Under the pieces are notes generated by a model, which was given only the letters and a program-made list of their open reading frames with translations, was not told where the DNA came from and did not search any database. Positions 24,313 to 25,638 of a DNA stretch of 25,638 nt are shown piece after piece. Within the stretch, counting starts at the first letter, position 1. Every line of letters starts with the position of its first letter. Source of the DNA: a virus (taxonomy: Duplodnaviria; Caudoviricetes); the IMG/VR virus record IMGVR_UViG_3300038335_000075, positions 1-25,638 of that record, one strand, 5' to 3'. The translations under genes and the position numbers were made by a program.

Positions 24313-24591
24313 TTGATCGTCACACTTGAAAACACAAAAGCATGGTTAAGAGTCGAGTCAACTGACGAAGATGCGCTCATCGAGAGCCTGATAATGGCTG
24401 CGGAGGATATTGTAGCAGGTATCCTCCGTTTTCCTTTAACCGATTTTACTATCGACGTTCCAGAGCCGGTCAAGCATGCCATCTATTTTGCTGTTTCTAA
24501 GTTATATGAGGAGAGAAATGAGCTAAATAGTGGCGAAATGACCGACGTTTTAAAGGCACTTCTGTTTACTTACCGAAAGGTGGAGTGGTGA
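24313..24591 (+). CDS. Head-tail connector (HK97 gp6-like)
   Basis: VTLENTKAWLRVE...EDALIESLI...VKHAIYFAVSKLYEER; TTG start after GGGAGGT. Confidence 0.88.
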   Translation: MIVTLENTKAWLRVESTDEDALIESLIMAAEDIVAGILRFPLTDFTIDVPEPVKHAIYFAVSKLYEERNELNSGEMTDVLKALLFTYRKVEW

Positions 24592-24600
24592 AAAACGAGA

Positions 24601-24686
24601 AATTATGTAAGACGGGAGTATAAATTCAATTATGTAATAAATAATATTAATTACATATTGACAAATGGACGTACATAATGTATTTT
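24601..24686 (+). promoter_or_regulatory. Sigma-A promoter with repeated TATGTA/TACATA operator-like sites
   Basis: TTGACA (24658-24663)-17 nt-TATTTT (24681-24686); AATTATGTAA at 24601 and 24628; TATGTAAT/ATTACATA dyad 24631-24657; TACAT-A-ATGTA in the spacer. Confidence 0.65.
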
Positions 24687-24728
24687 CTAGTTAAGAGCTG
24701 AACTTAATGTGAGAAAAGAGGTGCGCCC

Positions 24729-25638
24729 ATGGAAAAAGAAGTGATTGGATATTGCCCCGTGTGTAATGACAGGCTGATCGTCACTAAACTAACCTGCAAT
24801 TCTTGTAATCTGGATTTGACGGGAGATTTTCATCTACCCAAGTTTTCTTACTTAACAAAAGACGAGCAAGCATTTATCTACTTGTTTCTTCAAAGTGAAG
24901 GGAGTTTTAAAGACGTGCAGACGAAATTAGGGATCACTTATTTGAAAGCAAAGCAAATTCTTTCCGAGATCCTGGTTAAACTTTCCCTTAAAGAGGAGCG
25001 AGAAGAACCGGCGAATATGAAACAACACCCTGAAGGCGTAGAATCTATGCCGATCAAAGAGAGTGATCATTTCGTCGTCAAACGCATCAAAGATAAGCTA
25101 AATGAACATGGTGGAACAGCCACCATCCCTTTGATTTCGGCAGGCAAAGAAATGAACATATGGTTCGACCCCAATGAGAGAGGATTAGTGTGTGATAAGA
25201 TTCCGGTTGAAGATCAACTCACATGGGAAGTCTTTATCGCATCCTATAATATTGCAGTTGCACAAGATGGGGAAATATACAAAGGGTACGCCAGAATGGG
25301 GAAACTGGGAAGTGACAAACTCCCGATTGATTCTCTAGAAGGATATGTTGCACATGAAGTACATGGTGTGAAAATGGGTGAATCGGCCTATAGTCCCGGA
25401 TTTGTGATCGCTGCTATCCTAGACTGGGCGGGGATCGTTATCAACGAGAGAGGATCTATGCTAAAGGTTGTTGATAAAAACGTTTTTGTTGAATCCTATC
25501 AGGACGCTCTTGATAATGCAGAAACATTTCTTAAAGGATTAGATTCTGCAGAAGAAATCAAAGCAAGGCTAAGCGCCTTTCGGCATTGGTACTATTTTAA
25601 AGAGCTTGATGGTTTCGCGCCAAGCAAATTTATCGGTT
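24729..25638 (+). CDS. DUF2089-like zinc-ribbon/HTH multidomain protein, 3' truncated by window (not in ORF track)
   Basis: Manual translation from ATG 24729 (RBS GAGGTG) is open for 303 codons: MEKEVIGYCPVCNDRLIVTKLTCNSCNLDLTGDF...GSFKDVQTKLGITY... then AILDWAGI...RG and HWYYFKELDGFAPSKFIG. Confidence 0.8.
   Translation, partial: MEKEVIGYCPVCNDRLIVTKLTCNSCNLDLTGDFHLPKFSYLTKDEQAFIYLFLQSEGSFKDVQTKLGITYLKAKQILSEILVKLSLKEEREEPANMKQHPEGVESMPIKESDHFVVKRIKDKLNEHGGTATIPLISAGKEMNIWFDPNERGLVCDKIPVEDQLTWEVFIASYNIAVAQDGEIYKGYARMGKLGSDKLPIDSLEGYVAHEVHGVKMGESAYSPGFVIAAILDWAGIVINERGSMLKVVDKNVFVESYQDALDNAETFLKGLDSAEEIKARLSAFRHWYYFKELDGFAPSKFIG

Larger units (their letters stand above)
1..24591 (+). mobile_element. 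Prophage / phage-like integrated element (left end outside window; right end of structural genes at 24591)
   Basis: Co-oriented, translationally coupled regulatory, replication (SSB, family A polymerase, primase/helicase, SNF2), packaging (HNH, TerS, TerL) and HK97-type head genes; Bacillota-style GGAGG RBSs. No integrase, att site, tail or lysis genes seen in the window. Confidence 0.93.

Noticed and set aside
211-24482. Numerous 60-140 aa antisense or out-of-frame ORFs inside long genes
   Set aside because: Shadow ORFs nested in genes with clear family motifs; no recognisable domains.
24588-24677. GTG-initiated frame overlapping the connector stop as head-closure gene
   Set aside because: Only 29 codons, runs through AT-rich promoter DNA and shows no head-closure similarity.
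1-25638. tRNA, rRNA, IS transposase, integrase or att site
   Set aside because: None recognised by eye; tRNAscan-SE and flanking sequence would be needed to exclude them fully.

Overview
Nearly the whole window is one prophage or phage-like integrated element of a Bacillota (probably Clostridia-type) host; no integrase or attachment site is visible. On the + strand it runs through four modules. Regulation: 3' end of an XRE-like gene, ImmA/IrrE metallopeptidase, small zinc-ribbon protein, a structured leader and a sigma-70 region-4 type protein. Replication: DUF2800 Cas4-like nuclease, DUF2815 SSB, family A DNA polymerase, DUF4406-like protein, VapE-type primase/helicase, an origin-like repeat region, VRR-NUC, an inserted HNH, SNF2 helicase and a RinA/ArpU-like late activator. 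Packaging: HNH, candidate cos, TerS, ParB-fused DNA methyltransferase, two conserved accessory genes and TerL. HK97-type head: portal, ClpP protease, capsid, head fibre and head-tail connector. The structural operon stops abruptly after the connector and is followed by an AT-rich, separately promoted DUF2089-fusion ORF that runs off the window. Inserted cargo includes an antisense AbiEi/AbiEii type IV toxin-antitoxin pair with its operator, an antisense RNase H behind a ~170-nt multi-hairpin non-coding element, a frameshifted relic of a second, different TerL, and a DUF1232 gene flanked by attC-like imperfect palindromes. The best candidates for undescribed biology are the RNase H plus structured RNA cassette, the two-state RNA switch upstream of the sigma-like gene and the integron-cassette-like DUF1232 unit. 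Family assignments come from motif recognition by eye, not database searches.
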